From the IMG/VR virus record IMGVR_UViG_3300045988_070840: a stretch of DNA of 16,540 bases, one strand, 5' to 3'. The stretch comes from a virus. Shown piece after piece: positions 14,564-16,540 of this stretch; positions within the stretch are counted from its first letter, which is position 1; every line of letters starts with the position of its first letter. Below the pieces are notes generated by a model. It saw only the letters and a program-made list of their open reading frames with translations. It was not told where the DNA came from and did not search any database. The position numbers were made by a program, and so were the translations under genes.

Positions 14564-15292
14564 ATGCACATTGCGATTGCGGGCGGACATTCCGCCATCG
14601 CGAGGGGAGCATCGGGCTACCTCGACGAGTACGAGTGCGACCGCGCTTTCGTCGCCCAACTTATAGACGCTTTCGATGCGCAGGGCTGGCACGTCACCGA
14701 CTGTTCGAACGAGGAGTCCGACGTCTCCGCAGAGCTTCGCGAGGAGTGCCGAATCGCCAACGCGAGCGGGGCAGACCTGTTCATAGCTGTTCATTTCAAT
14801 GCGGGCGGCGGAACGGGAACCGAGGTTTGGCACTACCCTTATTCGATTGCCGAGACTTGCGCACGGGAAGTGAGCCGCGAGCTTGCATCGGCGCTGGGCT
14901 TGCCGAACCGAGGAGCGAAGAGCACCGAGGGGCTTTACGTCTTGAATCACACGGAAATGCCCGCCATCCTCATCGAGGTGTGCTTCGTGGACACCGAGCA
15001 GGACGCGGAAGCCTGGAACGCGACGAGCTGGAACGCCCTCTGCGGCGCGGTAGTGCGCGGGCTTGGAGGAGATTACGGAAACAAGGAGGAAGACATGTTA
15101 ACCGAGCATCAGGACAAGCTTTTAGCCACCATCTACGAACAGGTAACGGGCACGTACGACCCTACGGGTCGCGGCGTTGAGCTAAACGACCACGACCATA
15201 TCAAGTGGATTGCCAAGACGGTGACCGACAACTCCGAGGGCATCAAGGCCATCAAGGAGCAGCTTGCGGCGATTGCCGAGAAGCTGGGCTAG
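14564..15292 (+). CDS. N-acetylmuramoyl-L-alanine amidase endolysin (Amidase_3 type, 242 aa)
   Basis: The sequence shows IAGGHS...G..GYLDEYE, ADLFIAVHFNAGGGTGTEVW, RGAKS...LYVL and MPAILIEVCFVD, which match Amidase_3 zinc-amidase motifs. The C-terminal ~70 aa is helical and has no cell-wall-binding motif I recognise. Confidence 0.9.
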   Translation: MHIAIAGGHSAIARGASGYLDEYECDRAFVAQLIDAFDAQGWHVTDCSNEESDVSAELREECRIANASGADLFIAVHFNAGGGTGTEVWHYPYSIAETCAREVSRELASALGLPNRGAKSTEGLYVLNHTEMPAILIEVCFVDTEQDAEAWNATSWNALCGAVVRGLGGDYGNKEEDMLTEHQDKLLATIYEQVTGTYDPTGRGVELNDHDHIKWIAKTVTDNSEGIKAIKEQLAAIAEKLG

Positions 15293-15352
15293 CCGCACAG
15301 CCCTCTGAACGCTTCGGCAAGAAATGAGAAAGGCGGGAGAAACCAAACGGAA

Positions 15353-15382
15353 GCAGCCCTCGAAAAGGGCTGCTTTTCTTGT
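15353..15382 (+). terminator. Rho-independent terminator of the late/lysis operon
   Basis: GCAGCCCT-CGAAA-AGGGCTGC forms an 8-bp stem, extendable by flanking A/T pairs, and is followed by TTTTCTTGTT. Confidence 0.85.
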
Positions 15383-15410
15383 TGACATGGCAAGTGGTTT
15401 TTGATACTAT
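15382..15410 (+). promoter_or_regulatory. Right-end cassette promoter (extended -10)
   Basis: TTGACA (15382..15387), a 17-nt spacer, then TGaTACTAT (15402..15410). It directly abuts the terminator U-tract. Confidence 0.7.
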
Positions 15411-15444
15411 TCTATTGCAGGAAACCGATTGAAAGGAATGTGTT

Positions 15445-15732
15445 ATGACCAAGCTATTCTACTCGTACCGCGATGGGCAGGTGTACATGCTACACAAGTA
15501 CTGTCCGTTGGAGCTGCTCATGGACGAGCAGATAAGCGGCGGAGACGGTCTTCTGATTTACGCCAGCGAGGAAAAGTTTGAGATTGTGGAGTACATGAAC
15601 GGAAAGGAAACAGGTTACACAACCAAGGTGCGCCCGAGAACAGCCGAACCGCTGAACGTGGTCATGTTGACGAAGGTGGGAGAGAACAGCCGAACCGCTG
15701 AACGTGGTCATGTTGACGAAGGTGGGAGATAA
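15445..15732 (+). CDS. Hypothetical protein (95 aa); its 3' end is altered by a 46-bp tandem duplication
   Basis: The ATG at 15445 follows GAAAGGAA. The last ~15 codons are the second repeat copy read in a shifted frame. Confidence 0.6.
   Translation: MTKLFYSYRDGQVYMLHKYCPLELLMDEQISGGDGLLIYASEEKFEIVEYMNGKETGYTTKVRPRTAEPLNVVMLTKVGENSRTAERGHVDEGGR
15636..15729 (+). repeat. Perfect 46-bp tandem duplication (2.04 copies)
   Basis: 15636..15681 is identical to 15682..15727, with the unit GAGAACAGCCGAACCGCTGAACGTGGTCATGTTGACGAAGGTGGGA. Identity continues 2 nt further. The period is not a multiple of 3. Confidence 0.97.
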
Positions 15733-15915
15733 ATGATAATCTGCATTGCCTTGATTCTGTTCGGAACAGCGTTGATTTACTGCGCTTTGACAAGCACTGA
15801 TTGCAACACGTGTTGGAGACGCCAGCACGAGAACATAATCGCAGCACGTGCAGGAATGGGCATAGTCGTCGTCGGTTGCCTTTTGGTTTGCTATCAGTTC
15901 GCGTATTGGGGGTAA
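15733..15915 (+). CDS. Small two-TM membrane protein (60 aa)
   Basis: The ATG at 15733 follows GGTGGGAGA. Hydrophobic helices are IICIALILFGTALIYCAL and GMGIVVVGCLLVCYQFAYW, separated by a basic loop. Confidence 0.6.
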   Translation: MIICIALILFGTALIYCALTSTDCNTCWRRQHENIIAARAGMGIVVVGCLLVCYQFAYWG

Positions 15916-15917
15916 AG

Positions 15918-16220
15918 ATGGTCGCAGAGTTCATGGAGTTTGAAACTCCAAGCGAACCGCAAATGGGTTCAGCTAACGCCGTTCAGGTCAAGTACAACAG
16001 CATGATACTTGACCTGAACGATGATTTGCAGGATGAAATTGGTACACGTCAAGAACAGTTCAATTCCATTTCGCTTACTTGCTATGAGTTGGATACACGA
16101 ATTGGATTGATTGATGTTGAAATGAAGAAAAGGACAGAAAGGAACTTAAAACTTGCGGTTATCGGTATAACGATGGGGATGGTTGGAATATGCGCAAGCG
16201 TGGCTTCTATGATTTTGTAG
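15918..16220 (+). CDS. Tail-anchored membrane protein (100 aa): helical N-terminal domain plus C-terminal TM
   Basis: The ATG at 15918 lies 2 nt after the upstream stop, with GGGGG 5 nt upstream. The C-terminus LKLAVIGITMGMVGICASVASMIL is a TM segment. The longer track start at 15801 overlaps the previous gene. Confidence 0.55.
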   Translation: MVAEFMEFETPSEPQMGSANAVQVKYNSMILDLNDDLQDEIGTRQEQFNSISLTCYELDTRIGLIDVEMKKRTERNLKLAVIGITMGMVGICASVASMIL

Positions 16221-16252
16221 AATGTACCGATTCAAATACGAAAGGTGCGTCT

Positions 16253-16438
16253 ATGCTATCTGCACATGAGGATGTTAAGTACGAATACTGGTGCGACGGT
16301 GAACTTATCGTTTCGTTCACAGATAAGGACAAGGCTATAAACCACTACAAGAAACAGTGCAAACAGGCACCAACATCCTTACACACAATCTTCAAAGTTG
16401 TCCCTACCCGTAAAAACATTGTTCAATGGGTGCCGTAG
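16253..16438 (+). CDS. Hypothetical protein (61 aa; the start could instead be 16190)
   Basis: The ATG at 16253 has AAAGGTG 5 nt upstream. The alternative ATG at 16190 has a poorer RBS and overlaps the previous gene by 31 nt. The ORF ends 29 nt before the right ITR. Confidence 0.5.
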   Translation: MLSAHEDVKYEYWCDGELIVSFTDKDKAINHYKKQCKQAPTSLHTIFKVVPTRKNIVQWVP

Positions 16439-16467
16439 ACAGAGATAATGCTGTACTTTGTTCCCTC

Positions 16468-16540
16468 CGTCCCTCATGTACTCCCACGCTGTACAAGTTT
16501 ACGGCGCTGGGGAGGTACATGGGATTCGGGGGGCCATAGT
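16468..16540. repeat. Right inverted terminal repeat (73 bp, perfect)
   Basis: It is the exact reverse complement of 1..73. Confidence 0.97.

Noticed and set aside
14635-15180. A 181-aa alternate + frame inside the amidase gene
   Set aside because: The translation is extremely Arg-rich (RRxRR runs) with no RBS. The overlapping frame carries the Amidase_3 motifs.
1-16540. A search for tRNA genes, CRISPR repeats, integrase/recombinase, transposase or lysogeny repressor genes
   Set aside because: I saw no cloverleaf-like T-loop/acceptor pattern, no spaced repeat array and no ORF with tyrosine or serine recombinase motifs. The genome looks strictly lytic and linear. A tRNAscan-SE or HMM search would be needed for certainty.

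Overview
The window appears to be a complete 16,540 bp linear genome of a small phi29-like podovirus that replicates by protein priming. It is bounded by perfect 73-bp inverted terminal repeats (1..73 and 16468..16540). All genes but one are on the + strand. The left third (1..4.8 kb) is an early/replication module. It holds a divergent consensus-promoter region, small early ORFs, an SSB-like protein, a putative terminal protein and a family-B protein-primed DNA polymerase with all Exo and Pol motifs. It ends with a 55-aa ribbon-helix-helix regulator that is missing from the ORF track. A consensus promoter embedded in 10-bp-phased AGTGCTTG repeats follows. After it comes a ~170-nt GC-rich non-coding leader that ends in a terminator-like hairpin, and I flag this leader as a candidate pRNA-like packaging RNA. 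The late module (4.98..14.4 kb) is syntenic with phi29 genes 7-13 and 16: scaffold, major capsid protein, tail knob, portal, lower collar, two fibre/appendage proteins, a two-domain tail lysin and the packaging ATPase. A lysis pair follows, made of an unlisted YvrJ-like 59-aa membrane protein and an Amidase_3 endolysin. After a strong terminator and a back-to-back promoter there is a right-end cassette of four tiny ORFs, two of them membrane proteins. This cassette contains a perfect 46-bp tandem duplication that shifts the reading frame. I saw no tRNA, CRISPR array, integrase or transposase. Functional calls rest on motifs I can read in the translations, on remembered phi29 protein sequences and on synteny; no database search was run.
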